Notes: generated from the letters alone by a model not told the origin. Positions 44,488 to 57,041 are shown, numbered from the stretch's first letter. The stretch: 64,000 bases of DNA from an uncultured Chloroflexia bacterium (GCA_963698595.1 CAVORL010000001.1:49466-113465); one strand, 5' to 3'. Translations and numbers: made by a program.

Positions 44488-45218
44488 GGCCCGCTCCGGG
44501 CCGGGGGCCGGACCCGGCCGTTGCCGCGCACGCGCTGGACCATCTTGGCCAGGGGTGTGATCGCCCGCACGAAGTACGTGGCCCGGCCCGGCACGACCCG
44601 CGCCGTGGGAAGGGCGGCGAGGAGCCCGGCCGGCGTGGACGGGTCGCCTTCCATTCGCGTCGCGGCCACGCCAACCTCCAGGATGGAGTGGGCGTCGGAG
44701 ACGGCGACGCCGGGGATCCCTGCCGAGCGTGCCAGGTCTGCGGCTCGCTCGTTCCCCCGGCCACCCACGACCCGGGCGTTGTACGCCTCCACCCAGTCCA
44801 CCAGGCCGATGAGCGCACGGATCTCTTCCTCTCCGCGGCCCAGCGAGCCCCGGGACTGGTCGAACGGGTGCGGGATGCCGACGAGGGCACCCTGCTCGCG
44901 GGCAAGCGCGATCGTCTCGGCCGGAGAGAGCCCCGGCGGGATCGTCTCGCGGAGGAAGACGCAGATGAGATCGCCGCCGGTCGTCTTCACCTCCTCGCCG
45001 ACGAGCACCGTGATTCCCTCGATGCCGGCGTCGCGGGCGCGAAGAGCGCCGTCGATCCGGTCGTGGTCCGTGATGGCGAGGTGGGTGATCCCGCGGTCGC
45101 GCGCCGCGCGGACCACCCTGAGCGGGTCGGCGAGGGAGTCGAAGCTGGCGTTCGTATGGCAATGCAGGTCGACGAACGCGATGCTGGTCTCCGTCCCCCG
45201 GCCCTCTACCTCGAGCAT
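44484..45218 (-). CDS. PHP domain metal-dependent phosphoesterase
   Basis: FVDLHCHTNASFDSLADPLRVVRAARDRGITHLAITDHDRIDG ... GVAVSDAHS. ATG 45218 lies 8 nt after the mreB stop. Confidence 0.85.
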   Translation of the reverse strand: MLEVEGRGTETSIAFVDLHCHTNASFDSLADPLRVVRAARDRGITHLAITDHDRIDGALRARDAGIEGITVLVGEEVKTTGGDLICVFLRETIPPGLSPAETIALAREQGALVGIPHPFDQSRGSLGRGEEEIRALIGLVDWVEAYNARVVGGRGNERAADLARSAGIPGVAVSDAHSILEVGVAATRMEGDPSTPAGLLAALPTARVVPGRATYFVRAITPLAKMVQRVRGNGRVRPPARSGP

Positions 45219-45225
45219 GGGGCGA

Positions 45226-46224
45226 TCAGACCTGCTGGACCAGGGACTTCTTGAAGAAGTCGAAGTGCTCGAGCGCGAGACCGGTCCCCAGGGCAACGCA
45301 GTTGAGGGGGTTCTCGGCCACGTGGCAGGGCACGCCGGTGACCTGGGTCAGGAGCTTGTCGACGTTGCGCAGAAGGGCGCCCCCACCCGACATCACCATC
45401 CCCTTGTCGATGATGTCCGAGGAAAGCTCCGGCGGCGTCTGCTCCAGGACCCCGCGGACGGCCGCGACGAGCTGCTGGAGCGGCATCTCGATCGCCTCCA
45501 TCGCCTCGGACGACGTGATGGGGATCGTGCGCGGCAGGCCGGCGATGAGGTCGCGGCCGCGGACCTCCATCTGGAGCTCACGCTCGAGCGGCAGGGCGGT
45601 CCCCACCGCGATCTTGACCTCTTCGGCCGTGCGGTCGCCAACCATGAGGTTGTACTTCTTGCGGATGTAGCTCGCGATCGCGTCGTCGAAGCGGTTGCCG
45701 CCGACGCGGAGGCTGTTGCTGACGACGATGCCGCCGAGGGCGATGACGGCGATCTCGCTTGTGCCGCCGCCGATGTCGATGATGAGGTTGCCCGAGGGTC
45801 CGCTGATGGGGACGTTGGCCCCGATCGCGGCGGCCAGGGGCTCCTCGATGAGGAACGCCTCGCGGGCGCCCGCCTTGAGCGCGGCGTCGCGGACGGCGCG
45901 CTTCTCGACGGAGGTGACCCCGGCGGGGACGCTGATCATCACCTCCGGGCGGCCCAGGGAGAATGACCCCTTGCGGGCGCGCCCGATGAAGTAGCGGAGC
46001 ATCGCCTCCGTGATGACGTAGTCGGCGATGACGCCGTCCTTCATGGGCCGGATGGCCTGGATGTTGCCGGGCGTCCGGCCGATCATCTCGCGGGCCTCTT
46101 CGCCCACGGCCACGATCCGGTTGTCCTCGCTCACCGCCACCACCGACGGTTCCTGGATGACGATGCCCCGGCCCTTCACGTAGACGAGGACGTTGGCCGT
46201 GCCGAGGTCGATGCCGATCTTCAT
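45226..46224 (-). CDS. mreB: Rod shape-determining protein MreB
   Basis: [30 protein letters not shown] ... [12 protein letters not shown], an actin-like ATPase. Confidence 0.95.
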   Translation of the reverse strand: MKIGIDLGTANVLVYVKGRGIVIQEPSVVAVSEDNRIVAVGEEAREMIGRTPGNIQAIRPMKDGVIADYVITEAMLRYFIGRARKGSFSLGRPEVMISVPAGVTSVEKRAVRDAALKAGAREAFLIEEPLAAAIGANVPISGPSGNLIIDIGGGTSEIAVIALGGIVVSNSLRVGGNRFDDAIASYIRKKYNLMVGDRTAEEVKIAVGTALPLERELQMEVRGRDLIAGLPRTIPITSSEAMEAIEMPLQQLVAAVRGVLEQTPPELSSDIIDKGMVMSGGGALLRNVDKLLTQVTGVPCHVAENPLNCVALGTGLALEHFDFFKKSLVQQV

Positions 46225-47567
46225 GAAGGCGTGCTGCTCACCTGTTCGGGGAGGCGCTCGATGCGGGCGCCAAGGTCGTTGAACTTGCGGTCGATGTTCT
46301 CATAGCCGCGCTGAACGTGGTGGGCGCCGTGGATCGTGGACGTCCCGTCCGCCCCCAGGGCTCCCAGGATGAGAGAGGCGCCCGCCCGCAGGTCGCCGAT
46401 GTTGACCTCGGCGCCGCGAAGGCGGGCAGGCCCCGTGATCTCGGCGTGGCGGGCATCGAGGATCGCCACGGCCGCGCCCATCTTGCGCAGCTCGCCGAGC
46501 CACTCCAGGCGGTCCTCGAAGATCGTCTCGTGGACGCGGCTCGTGCCGGCGCAGCGGGTCATGATCACGCTCGCGGGCGATTGGAGGTCAGTCGCGAATC
46601 CCGGGTAGGGCGCGGTCTCCACGTCCACCGGGCGGTAGGATCCATCCCCCGGCGGGTAGCCCTCCACCTCGATCGTGTCGCGCCCGCAGGCGACCTGGAC
46701 GCCCATCTGGCCGACCGTCTCGAGGAAGCCCCCGAGCACGTCGCAGGGCGCTCCTTGCAGCGTGATTCGCCCGCCGGCCACGGCCGCGGCCGCGACGAAC
46801 GTTCCGGCCTCGATACGGTCGGGGATGACGGCGTGATCCGCCCCGCGCAGGTGTCGCCGACCCTCGACGACGATCGTGTCGGGCGCGGTGCGCTCCACGG
46901 AGGCGCCCATCTTCTGGAGGAACGCGATCAGGTCGTCCACTTCCGGTTCGCGTGCGGCTGGGCGGATCACGCTACGGCCCTGGGCCAGGGTCGCGGCCAG
47001 CAGAGCATTCTCCGTGCCCATGACCGACACGAATGGGAACGTGATCTCGCCGCCGCGCAGGCGGCCGGGCGCCTTTGCCAGGTAGTAGCCGTTGCGGTAC
47101 TCGATCTCGGCCCCGAGCGCGCGCATCGCGTCCACGTGGAGGTTGACGGGCCGCCGCCCGATCCGGTCGCCACCGGGGTTGCTGATGATCACGCGACCGA
47201 AGCGCGCGAGGAGCGGGCCGAGCAGGATGAAGCTGGCCCTCATCTTCGCGGCGGCCTCGAGCGGCACGAACTGCCAGTCGACGTCGCCTGCCGCCACCTC
47301 GTAGATTCCGTGGCCCGGGTGGTCAACGACGACCCCGAGGTCGGCCAGCGTCTCCACCATGACCCGCACGTCCTCGATCTCGGGCACGTTGGCAAGCCGG
47401 CATCGCTCCCCGGTCAGGACGGCCGCGGCAAGGAGCTTGAGGGCGGCGTTCTTCGCGCCGCTGATCCGGACCGTGCCGGAGAGGGGATGGCCGCCCTCGA
47501 CGCGGAACACCTCCGGCACGACCGGCGCCGGGGTGTACTCCCAGTGGAAGGGGCGGGCGTCCGCCAT
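46221..47567 (-). CDS. murA: UDP-N-acetylglucosamine 1-carboxyvinyltransferase
   Basis: [32 protein letters not shown] and [11 protein letters not shown], a full-length EPSP-synthase-fold enzyme. Its stop overlaps the mreB start. Confidence 0.95.
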   Translation of the reverse strand: MADARPFHWEYTPAPVVPEVFRVEGGHPLSGTVRISGAKNAALKLLAAAVLTGERCRLANVPEIEDVRVMVETLADLGVVVDHPGHGIYEVAAGDVDWQFVPLEAAAKMRASFILLGPLLARFGRVIISNPGGDRIGRRPVNLHVDAMRALGAEIEYRNGYYLAKAPGRLRGGEITFPFVSVMGTENALLAATLAQGRSVIRPAAREPEVDDLIAFLQKMGASVERTAPDTIVVEGRRHLRGADHAVIPDRIEAGTFVAAAAVAGGRITLQGAPCDVLGGFLETVGQMGVQVACGRDTIEVEGYPPGDGSYRPVDVETAPYPGFATDLQSPASVIMTRCAGTSRVHETIFEDRLEWLGELRKMGAAVAILDARHAEITGPARLRGAEVNIGDLRAGASLILGALGADGTSTIHGAHHVQRGYENIDRKFNDLGARIERLPEQVSSTPS

Positions 47568-47592
47568 GGTCGTCGCCGGAGGCCGTGCCGCG

Positions 47593-48021
47593 CTAGCCGC
47601 GCCGGCGCGGCCCCTCCCGGTGGCGACGCTCAGCGACCCGGATGCGGAGGAGGGCGACCTTCAGCTCGGCACGTGCCTGGGCAAGGTCGGCAGGCTCGAC
47701 GAGGCCCGCCTCGAGAGCCCGCTCGGCGTCGCGGCGGGCCTCCTCGGCGCGCTCCAGGTCGATCTCCGCGGCCATGTCGGCGGTCTCGGCCATCACCACG
47801 ACCTTGTCCGGTCGCACCTGGACGAACCCCCCGACGATCGCGAACGACTCCTCCGTGCCCTCTTTGCGAAAGCGCAGCTCGCCCGCGCCCAGCATCGAGA
47901 GAAGCGGGGCGTGGTGCGGCAGGATGCCGAGCTCGCCCTCGCTCCCGGGCAGGACGACCGCGTCGACGTCATCGCTGTACGCCAGCTTCTCCGGGGTGAC
48001 GATCTCGAGCCGGATGGGCAT
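47593..48021 (-). CDS. atpC: F0F1 ATP synthase subunit epsilon
   Basis: MPIRLEIVTPEKLAYSDDVDAVVLPGSEGELGILPHHAPLLS, plus its position after atpD. Confidence 0.9.
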   Translation of the reverse strand: MPIRLEIVTPEKLAYSDDVDAVVLPGSEGELGILPHHAPLLSMLGAGELRFRKEGTEESFAIVGGFVQVRPDKVVVMAETADMAAEIDLERAEEARRDAERALEAGLVEPADLAQARAELKVALLRIRVAERRHREGPRRRG

Positions 48022-48030
48022 CTTCGAATC

Positions 48031-50325
<2,295 letters not shown>

Positions 50326-50345
50326 CTACCCCGCCCTGCGCCCGG

Positions 50346-51883
50346 CTACGCCAGGAAGGTGGCGCGGTACGCCGCCACGGCGTCGTCGAGGGCTGCCGCG
50401 GTCTCGTCGTCCAGCGTCTTCGTCTCGCCGAGCTTCGTCAGCAGCTCCGGGCGCTCCGCCTCGAGGAAGCGGTAGTAGCCAGCCTCGAACTCCTTCACCC
50501 GGGGGGTGGGGATGTCGTCGAGGGCTCCCTTGGTGGCGGCCTGCAGGATGGCGACCTGCTTTTCCACCGGGAGCGGCTGGTACTGGGGCTGCTTCACGAT
50601 CTCGGACAGCTTCTCGCCGCGGGTCAGCTGGTCGCGGGTGGCCTTGTCGAGATCGGAGGCGAACTGGGCGAACGCGGCGAGAGCGCGGTACTGGGCCAGA
50701 TCCAGCTTGAGCGGCCCGGCTACCTTCTTCATCGCCTTCGTCTGCGCCGCCGAACCGACCCGGCTGACCGAGATGCCGATGTTGAGCGCCGGCCGCTGGC
50801 CCGCGTTGAAGAGATCCGTCTCGAGGAAGATCTGGCCGTCCGTGATCGAGATGACGTTCGTCGGGATGTAGGCCGACACGTCGCCGGCCTGCGTCTCGAT
50901 GACGGGGAGGGCCGTGAGCGAGCCGCCGCCGTTCTCGTCGTTGAGGCGGGCAGCGCGCTCCAGGAGGCGGCTGTGGAGGTAGAAGACGTCGCCGGGGTAC
51001 GCCTCGCGGCCGGGGGGCGGCGCAGCAGGAGGGCCATCTCGCGGTAGGCCCAGGCGTGCTTGGAGAGGTCGTCGTAGACGCACAGGGCGTCCTTCACGAG
51101 GCCCGGCTGGCCGGGGATCTCGACGCCCTCCTCCATGACCTCCTCGCCCATGGCCACGCCGCTGTACGGGGCGAGGTACTGGAGCGGGGCGGGGTCCTCG
51201 GCGCCGGCGACGACCACGATCGTGTGCTCCATCGCCCCGTGCTTCTCGAGCGTTGCCACGGTCGAGGCAACGGTCGAGAGCTTCTGGCCGATGGCCACGT
51301 AGATGCAGACGAGGCCCTTCCCCTTCTGGTTGATGATCGTGTCGATCGCGATGGCGGTCTTGCCGGTCTGGCGGTCGCCGATGATGAGCTCGCGCTGGCC
51401 ACGGCCGATGGGGATGAGGGCGTCGATCGCCTTGATGCCGGTCTGGACCGGCGTGTCGACCCCCTGGCGGGTCATGACGCCGGGGGCGACGCGCTCCACG
51501 GGCCGGGTCTTCGTAGCCGCGATCGGGCCCTTGTCGTCGAGCGGGCGGCCCAGCGGGTCGACGACGCGGCCCAGGAGCTCCGGCCCGACCGGCACCTCGA
51601 CGACCCGGCCGGTCGTCTTGACGGTGTCGCCCTCCTTGATCGCCGTGGCTCCGCCGAGGATCACCGCACCCACGGTCTCCTCTTCGAGGTTGAGGGCCAT
51701 CCCGAAGACGCCCCCGGGGAACTCCAGCAGCTCGGAGGCGAGGGCGCCGGCCAGTCCGTAGACCTGGGCGATGCCGTCGCCGACCTCCACGACCGTGCCG
51801 ACGTTGCGCGTCTCCGCGGTCGCGTCGAAGTTCTCGATCGAGGACTTGATGATGCTGATGATCTCGTCGGATCGGATGGCCAT
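50346..51883 (-). CDS. atpA: F0F1 ATP synthase subunit alpha, reading frame broken once at a homopolymer (probably a consensus error)
   Basis: The N-terminal part is in track ORF 50729..51883 ([18 protein letters not shown]) and the C-terminal part is in ORF 50346..51083 ([21 protein letters not shown]). The frames join at ...LLLRRPP|GREAYPGD, within the G-run at 51012-51017 (plus strand). Confidence 0.9.
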
Positions 51884-51941
51884 TCAGGTGCTCCAGTCGG
51901 TGGCGGCGGGCCGGCGGGCGACCGGCGCGGCGCGGGGCGGG

Positions 51942-52487
51942 TCAGCGGGCTCCAGCGACGATGCGATCGCGGAGCCGTTCAAGGCGTCCCCGCACGCTGG
52001 CATCGATGAGTCGGTCGCCGATGCGGACCGTGACGCCCCCGATGAGCGCGGGGTCGATGACGGTCTCGATCACGGCCTGCGCTCCGGTCATGGTCCGGAC
52101 ACGGGCGCCGATCGCCTCGAGCTCGGCGGGCTCGAGCGGGGTTGCGCTGCTGACGAGGGCTGGCGTGATGCCGCGCTCGCGATCCACGAGGCGCCGGAAC
52201 TCGGCGGCGACCGCCGGCAGGATCGAGAGCCGGCCTCGCTGGGATGCGAGAACGACCAGGTTGTAGGCCGGCGGCGCGACTCGCGCCCTCAGCAGCTGCT
52301 CCAGGATGTCGCGGCGCGCCTGGAAGGCGACCGCCGGGTTGTCGGCCACCCGGGCCAGCTCGGGCCGCGCCACGAGGTCAGCCGCCGTGCGGAGGTCGTC
52401 GGTCCACTGATCGAGCGTCCCGTCGCGCCGGGCGATCTCGAAGGCGGCCTCAGCATAGCGTCGGGCTGCGGTCGACGGCCGGGGCAT
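51942..52487 (-). CDS. atpH: F0F1 ATP synthase subunit delta (OSCP)
   Basis: RRYAEAAFEIARRDGTLDQWTDDL plus its position. Its start overlaps the atpF stop. Confidence 0.85.
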   Translation of the reverse strand: MPRPSTAARRYAEAAFEIARRDGTLDQWTDDLRTAADLVARPELARVADNPAVAFQARRDILEQLLRARVAPPAYNLVVLASQRGRLSILPAVAAEFRRLVDRERGITPALVSSATPLEPAELEAIGARVRTMTGAQAVIETVIDPALIGGVTVRIGDRLIDASVRGRLERLRDRIVAGAR

Positions 52488-53056
52488 CAGTGGGGCGCCT
52501 CGGGGGTATGCGTCTCGGCGAGGAAGTCCGCGACGAGACGACGCTGGCGCTCGCCCGTCATGGACTCACCGACGATCCGGCCGGCAGCGGCGATGGCGAG
52601 GTCGGCGACCTCGGCCCGCAGGTCCGCGATCGCGCGGCCCTTCTCGGTCTCGATCTCGGCGACGGCGCGCACCCGCATCCGCTCGAGCTCCTCGCGGGTG
52701 GCCGCGATGTCCGCATCGCGCGCCTCCTGGGCGAGGCGCGTCGCGCGGTCCACGATCTCGCGACCCTCGCGGCGGGCCACGGCGATCTCGTCGGCTGCCT
52801 TGGCGGCGGACGCCTCGAGGGCGACGCGCGCCGCCTCCGCATCCCTGAGGCCCTGGTCGATCCGCTCCCGGCGATCGCCGAGCATCCTGGTCAGGGGCTT
52901 GAATGCGAAGGTCGAGATGATCGCGAAGAACAGCACGAAGTTGAGGGCGCTGACGATCACCCAGAAGAGGTTGATCGTCAGGCCCCCGCCGCCCTCCTCG
53001 GAGGCCAGCGCCGACGCGGAGGCGCCGAGACCGGCCGCGACAGCCAGGATATCCAC
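52487..53056 (-). CDS. atpF: F0F1 ATP synthase subunit b
   Basis: N-terminal TM segment (LFWVIVSALNFVLFFAIISTFAFKP), then a long charged helix. Confidence 0.85.
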   Translation of the reverse strand: MDILAVAAGLGASASALASEEGGGGLTINLFWVIVSALNFVLFFAIISTFAFKPLTRMLGDRRERIDQGLRDAEAARVALEASAAKAADEIAVARREGREIVDRATRLAQEARDADIAATREELERMRVRAVAEIETEKGRAIADLRAEVADLAIAAAGRIVGESMTGERQRRLVADFLAETHTPEAPH

Positions 53057-53080
53057 GTCGTTGCTCCGTCCCGGCTCTGT

Positions 53081-53308
53081 CTAGCCGCCGGTCGCGGGGC
53101 GGATGATCAGGGCCAGGATGCCCACGACGATCGCGAGGACACCAAGGCCTTCGGCGAACGCTGCGAGGATGATCGCCAACCCGCGGATCTGGCCCGCGGC
53201 GTCGGGATTGCGGCCGATGGCGGCGGCGGACATCCCGGCCAGGATGCCGATGCCGATGCCGGGGCCGAAGACGCCGAGGGCGGCGAGGCCGGCGCCGATG
53301 TTCTCCAT
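53081..53308 (-). CDS. atpE: F0F1 ATP synthase subunit c
   Basis: MENIGAGLAALGVFGPGIGIGILAGMSAAAIGRNPDAAGQIRGLAIILAAFAEGLGVLAIVVGILAL, taken from the internal ATG of the track ORF. Confidence 0.9.
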   Translation of the reverse strand: MENIGAGLAALGVFGPGIGIGILAGMSAAAIGRNPDAAGQIRGLAIILAAFAEGLGVLAIVVGILALIIRPATGG

Positions 53309-53384
53309 TGTGTCGTGTCTCCTCTCCTGTCCCCGGCCGATCGACCGGGGCCCGTGGGGCCGAAATGAATGGTGGCCGGGCCGA

Positions 53385-54416
53385 TCAGGCGGCGGCCGGG
53401 CTATCGATGGACTGCTGAGCGGGTCCGGGCTGGACGGCCTCCCCGCCAATCTCCTCCTCGTCGGGGTGGTGGCTCTCCACCGCCGTGAGGATGAACAAGA
53501 GGGTCAGGACGCTGAAGATCAGGGCCTGCACCGTGGTCAGCAACAGCTCCAGGCTGTACATCGCGACGGGGATGACGCCGAGGGTCAGCGCGATGAGGAC
53601 TCCCAGGGCGACCTCACCGCCGTAGATGTTGCCGAAGAGACGCATCGCCAGCGTGACGGGTTTGACGAACTCCAGCATCAGCTCGATCAGGCCGACGAAG
53701 ACCGCGACGACGCCGGCCCCGACGCCGTGCTTGAACTCGTAGAAGGGGAAGAACCTCGAGAGGTAGCCCAGGCCGTGCGACCGGAACCCCTGAAACTCGA
53801 AGTAGCCGAAGCTGACGAGGGCCAGCCCGATGGTGATGTTCATGTCCGAGGTCGGGGCGCGCAGCTCCTCGACCCGTCCGACCGGCGGGATGAGGCCGCT
53901 CCAGTTGCAGAACAGGATCAGCAGGAAGAACGCCGCGTAGATCGGGACATACGTCGTGGCGGCCGCGCCCCCCAGCCCGACGGCGAAGTCGTGGAGCGAC
54001 TCGTAGGCGAGCTCGACGATGTTCTGGAGCCGGCCCGGCACGTCGCGGAGGCGGCGTGCGGTGAAGATGGCCACGGCCAGCAGCACCGCCATCACGATCC
54101 ACATCGTGAGGATCGTGCTCGTGATGCTGGCGTTGAAGCCGATGACCAGCTGGCCGGTGGGCAGCGGGTCGGGCTGAATCTGCCAGACGACGTGCGGGGG
54201 CGGGAACTCGAGCGTGCCGTTGATGAAGCAGACGGGATACGCGCAGGGGTCACCTGCCTCCCCGCCCTTTGGGAACGGGGGAACAACGAGAAGGGCGATG
54301 ACGTCGAGGACGATCACGGCGACGACGAGCCACACCAGGGGATGAACGCGACGCCACGCGGGGCGCGCGCCGGTCACGGCAACGCCGACGGTATCGTGCT
54401 CCTGATCCTGCGCCAC
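53385..54416 (-). CDS. atpB: F0F1 ATP synthase subunit a
   Basis: LAMRLFGNIYGGEVALGVL (conserved Arg helix) and a polytopic body. The start was set at GTG 54416, preceded by GGGAGC. The N-terminus is uncertain and the long track ORF is implausible. Confidence 0.8.
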   Translation of the reverse strand: MAQDQEHDTVGVAVTGARPAWRRVHPLVWLVVAVIVLDVIALLVVPPFPKGGEAGDPCAYPVCFINGTLEFPPPHVVWQIQPDPLPTGQLVIGFNASITSTILTMWIVMAVLLAVAIFTARRLRDVPGRLQNIVELAYESLHDFAVGLGGAAATTYVPIYAAFFLLILFCNWSGLIPPVGRVEELRAPTSDMNITIGLALVSFGYFEFQGFRSHGLGYLSRFFPFYEFKHGVGAGVVAVFVGLIELMLEFVKPVTLAMRLFGNIYGGEVALGVLIALTLGVIPVAMYSLELLLTTVQALIFSVLTLLFILTAVESHHPDEEEIGGEAVQPGPAQQSIDSPAAA

Positions 54417-54466
54417 GGTCGCTCCCAGCAGGCGGAGGGCGGCGGTCCTGTCGCGCTCCGCGAGGC

Positions 54467-54685
54467 TCAGTCTTCGATGTCGGCCAGGAAGCGGCTGATC
54501 AGCCGGTAGACCCCGCGAGCCCCCGCGGCGAGCCCCACGAAGAAGCCCACGAGCAGGAGCAGCGGCAGTGTCCCGAGTTGCTGATCGGCCCAGTACCCCG
54601 CGAGCGCCCCGACCAGGATGACCACCAGGAGGAGGACGCCGATCTCCGAGAACAACACGAAGTAGGCGAACGGCCGTCCGGGCAT
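54467..54685 (-). CDS. AtpZ/AtpI-like small membrane protein of the atp operon
   Basis: MPGRPFAYFVLFSEIGVLLLVVILVGALAGYWADQQLGTLPLLLLVGFFVGLAAG has two TM segments. It lies directly upstream of atpB. Confidence 0.7.
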   Translation of the reverse strand: MPGRPFAYFVLFSEIGVLLLVVILVGALAGYWADQQLGTLPLLLLVGFFVGLAAGARGVYRLISRFLADIED

Positions 54686-54716
54686 GGGGCTGCGGGGGTC
54701 CCTCCGACGTCGCGCG

Positions 54717-54722
54717 AGTATA
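54717..54722 (-). promoter_or_regulatory. -10 box TATACT upstream of the atp operon
   Basis: The minus strand reads cagttgcTATACTcgcgcgacgtcGGAGGGacc...ATG(54685). Confidence 0.4.
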
Positions 54723-54808
54723 GCAACTGGTTTCGTGGGCGTCGGGTGGATCACGCGGGGAAACGGATCGCCAGCCGGACGACCCGAGCAGGCGACTCGC
54801 GCCGCCAC

Positions 54809-55489
54809 CTACCCGGCCGGCGGCGTCGGAGGTGGCGGGACGATCGGCACTGGGGTCGGGGTGGGCTTCGGGGTGGGCTTCTTGGTTGGGCGCGGGGTCG
54901 GCTTCGCGGTCGGCTTCTTCGTCGGCTTCGGAGTCGGCTTCACGGTCGGCTTCGGAGTCGGCTTCGCGGTCGGCGACGGTGTCGGCGTCGGGCTCGCGGT
55001 CGGGGCGGCGGCCGGGCTCGGCGTTGGAGTCAGGGTGGGCGTTGGAGTCAGGGTGGGCCGGGCCGTCGGCGTCGGTGTCGGGATCGCCGTCGGCCGGGGC
55101 GTGGCCGTCGCCGCGAGCACGCCGCCCTCGGGGACCGTGGACGGCGGGGCGATGGCCAGGACGGCGAACGCCGCGAGGACGCCGACGAGGAGGACGGCCG
55201 ACGTGTCGCGCCAGAGTCGCCGCCGCGGCGAGACAACCCAGGTGTCCCTCATCGGCATGGCCTCGGCGCCCGGCGACGCCTCGCTGGTCAGCAGTGGCAC
55301 CGGCGGCGCCTGGGGTGGCTCGGCGGCGCGCCCGGTGAGCCATGCCAGGCGGTCGAGCGCCATCTGCTGGCTCGCGAAACGGGCTGCCGCACGCTCCCGG
55401 CGACGAGCCCGGATGCGTCGCGCGAGATACAGCGCAAGCCACGGGAAGACGCCTCCGAGGGCAGCGATGACGAGGGTCTCGGGTGCCAA
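54809..55489 (-). CDS. Membrane-anchored protein with a long Pro/Thr/Lys repeat tail
   Basis: TTG start. Two hydrophobic segments, then ~100 aa of PTPTP/KPTPKPT repeats ([12 protein letters not shown]...[38 protein letters not shown]). Confidence 0.6.
   Translation of the reverse strand: MAPETLVIAALGGVFPWLALYLARRIRARRRERAAARFASQQMALDRLAWLTGRAAEPPQAPPVPLLTSEASPGAEAMPMRDTWVVSPRRRLWRDTSAVLLVGVLAAFAVLAIAPPSTVPEGGVLAATATPRPTAIPTPTPTARPTLTPTPTLTPTPSPAAAPTASPTPTPSPTAKPTPKPTVKPTPKPTKKPTAKPTPRPTKKPTPKPTPTPVPIVPPPPTPPAG
54812..55132 (-). repeat. Low-complexity coding repeat (PT/KPT units)
   Basis: The plus strand shows reiterated gtcggcttc/ggagtcggcttc units, which encode the PT-rich tail. Confidence 0.6.
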
Positions 55490-55491
55490 GC

Positions 55492-55883
55492 TCAGCTCCC
55501 CGAGGCCCCGGCCGCGGCCTCGCCACGCACCACGCGGAGCGTGAAGCCACGCAGCTCGTCACCTGGCTTCGCCATCGCCCGCATCCGGCTCCTTCCGCTC
55601 GTCGCTTCGGAGATGAGGTGCTCCGTCACGGGCCCCACCGTCGCGACGATGAGGACGAGCCCGTGCCCGATGCGATCATCGTCACGACTCTGCCGGCCAC
55701 GTCAAGGTCCCGGGCTTCCCTGAAGCCGACAGTGGTGACCGTGATCACCGCCATGTCGGTCGCGTCGAGATGGCTCCATCCCTCGAGGACCACGAAGCCG
55801 GCCGTCGCGATCGCCCCGACCACGATCATGATCCAGGTGCGCAGCCCGGGAGCCGCGAGCAGCTCACGAGCGACCTCACGCAC
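55492..55883 (-). pseudogene. Small two-TM K+ channel-like gene with a frame break and an altered filter
   Basis: ORF 55626..55883 reads ...WSHLDATDMAVITVTTVGFREARDLDVAGRVVTMIASGTG, where channels usually have TVGFG. The second TM segment continues in another frame (LVLIVATVGPVTEHLISEA...) down to a stop at 55492-55494. Confidence 0.4.
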
Positions 55884-55967
55884 CCTCCCGTCCGTCCGGA
55901 AATCGCCACGCGGCTCCCTCCGTCGCCCCTCGCTGGCTTGTGCGGGGCCATCGTCAGGGTAACGCCG

Positions 55968-57041
55968 TCACCCGTCCTCGGGCGAGCGGCGCTCGATCGC
56001 CCGGTTGAGGACGAGGATCGCCACGCCGAAGAAGAGGAATGCGCCGAGGAACGCGTACAGCTGGCCGGTGCCCGAGAGGAGCAGCGAGAGCGCCCCTAGC
56101 CCCGCGCAGATCGCGTAGATCAGGAGGACGGTCTGGGTGTGCGAGAGGCCCAGGTCCAGCAACCGGTGGTGGATATGGCCGCGATCCGCGGAGAACGGCG
56201 AACGGCCCGCCGAGGCCCGCCGCACGATGATGTAGAACGTGTCGATGATCGGCACGCCCAGGACGAGCAGGGCGACGGCGACCTTGGCGCTGCCGAGGAT
56301 GGAGAGGATCGCGAGCGTGTAGCCGACGAACATCACGCCGCTCGTGCCAATGAAGATCGTCGCGGGGTGGAAGTTCCAGCGCAGGAACCCCAGAAGAGCT
56401 CCCGCAAGCGCGATGCAGAAGATCGCCAGGACGGGCTCCGTCGTCGCGCGGGTGAGGCTGATGAGCCCCAGCGTCAGGGCAGCGACGAGGGCAATGCCGG
56501 AGGAGAGGCCATCGAGGCCGTCGATGAAGTTCATGGAGTTGATCATCCCCACGATCCAGACCATCACGAAGAGGGCGGCGAAGACCCCCTCGAAGCGGAT
56601 GACGCCGGGCCCGAACGGGTTGGCAATGAGGCCCACGCTGATCCCGAGGCCGACGGGGATCACGGCGACGAGCAGCTGGCCCGCGAGCTGCCACCGCGCC
56701 CGGAGGTTGTAGCGGTCATCCAGGAGGCCCAGCAGGACCGCCACGACGCCGCCGATCACGAGTGCCGCGATCCCCTGGACGCTCGGTGCCTGGAAGGGTT
56801 GCCAGATCCCGACGGTCGCCTGGAGCGCCAGCAGCGCAAGCACGACGACGAGGAACGCTCCCGCCACCGCGACGCCGCCGCCGCGCGGGATCAGGCCGGT
56901 GTGGACGCGGCGTGCATCCGGCTGGTCGATGGCATCGACGCGGTGCGCGGCGCGGCCCACGAGGGGTGTCAGGGCCAGCGCGAGGAGCGCCGCGACGACG
57001 AATGCCCCGGCGGCGGCGAGCAGGGTCTCGGCGCCGGTCAC
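55968..57041 (-). CDS. wecA: Polyprenyl-phosphate GlcNAc-1-phosphate transferase (WecA/MraY family)
   Basis: DDRYNLRARWQLAGQLL, MINSMNFIDGLDGL and GRSPFSADRGHIHHRL in an 11-TM-like body. Its position upstream of atp is as in actinobacteria. Confidence 0.85.
   Translation of the reverse strand: MTGAETLLAAAGAFVVAALLALALTPLVGRAAHRVDAIDQPDARRVHTGLIPRGGGVAVAGAFLVVVLALLALQATVGIWQPFQAPSVQGIAALVIGGVVAVLLGLLDDRYNLRARWQLAGQLLVAVIPVGLGISVGLIANPFGPGVIRFEGVFAALFVMVWIVGMINSMNFIDGLDGLSSGIALVAALTLGLISLTRATTEPVLAIFCIALAGALLGFLRWNFHPATIFIGTSGVMFVGYTLAILSILGSAKVAVALLVLGVPIIDTFYIIVRRASAGRSPFSADRGHIHHRLLDLGLSHTQTVLLIYAICAGLGALSLLLSGTGQLYAFLGAFLFFGVAILVLNRAIERRSPEDG

Noticed and set aside
54717-54722. Treating the three TATACT hexamers (27273, 39054 and 54717 on the minus strand) as a specific shared regulatory motif.
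   Set aside because: With this base composition a few chance occurrences are expected over both strands of 64 kb. The simpler reading is ordinary -10 elements, so they are reported only as promoter candidates.
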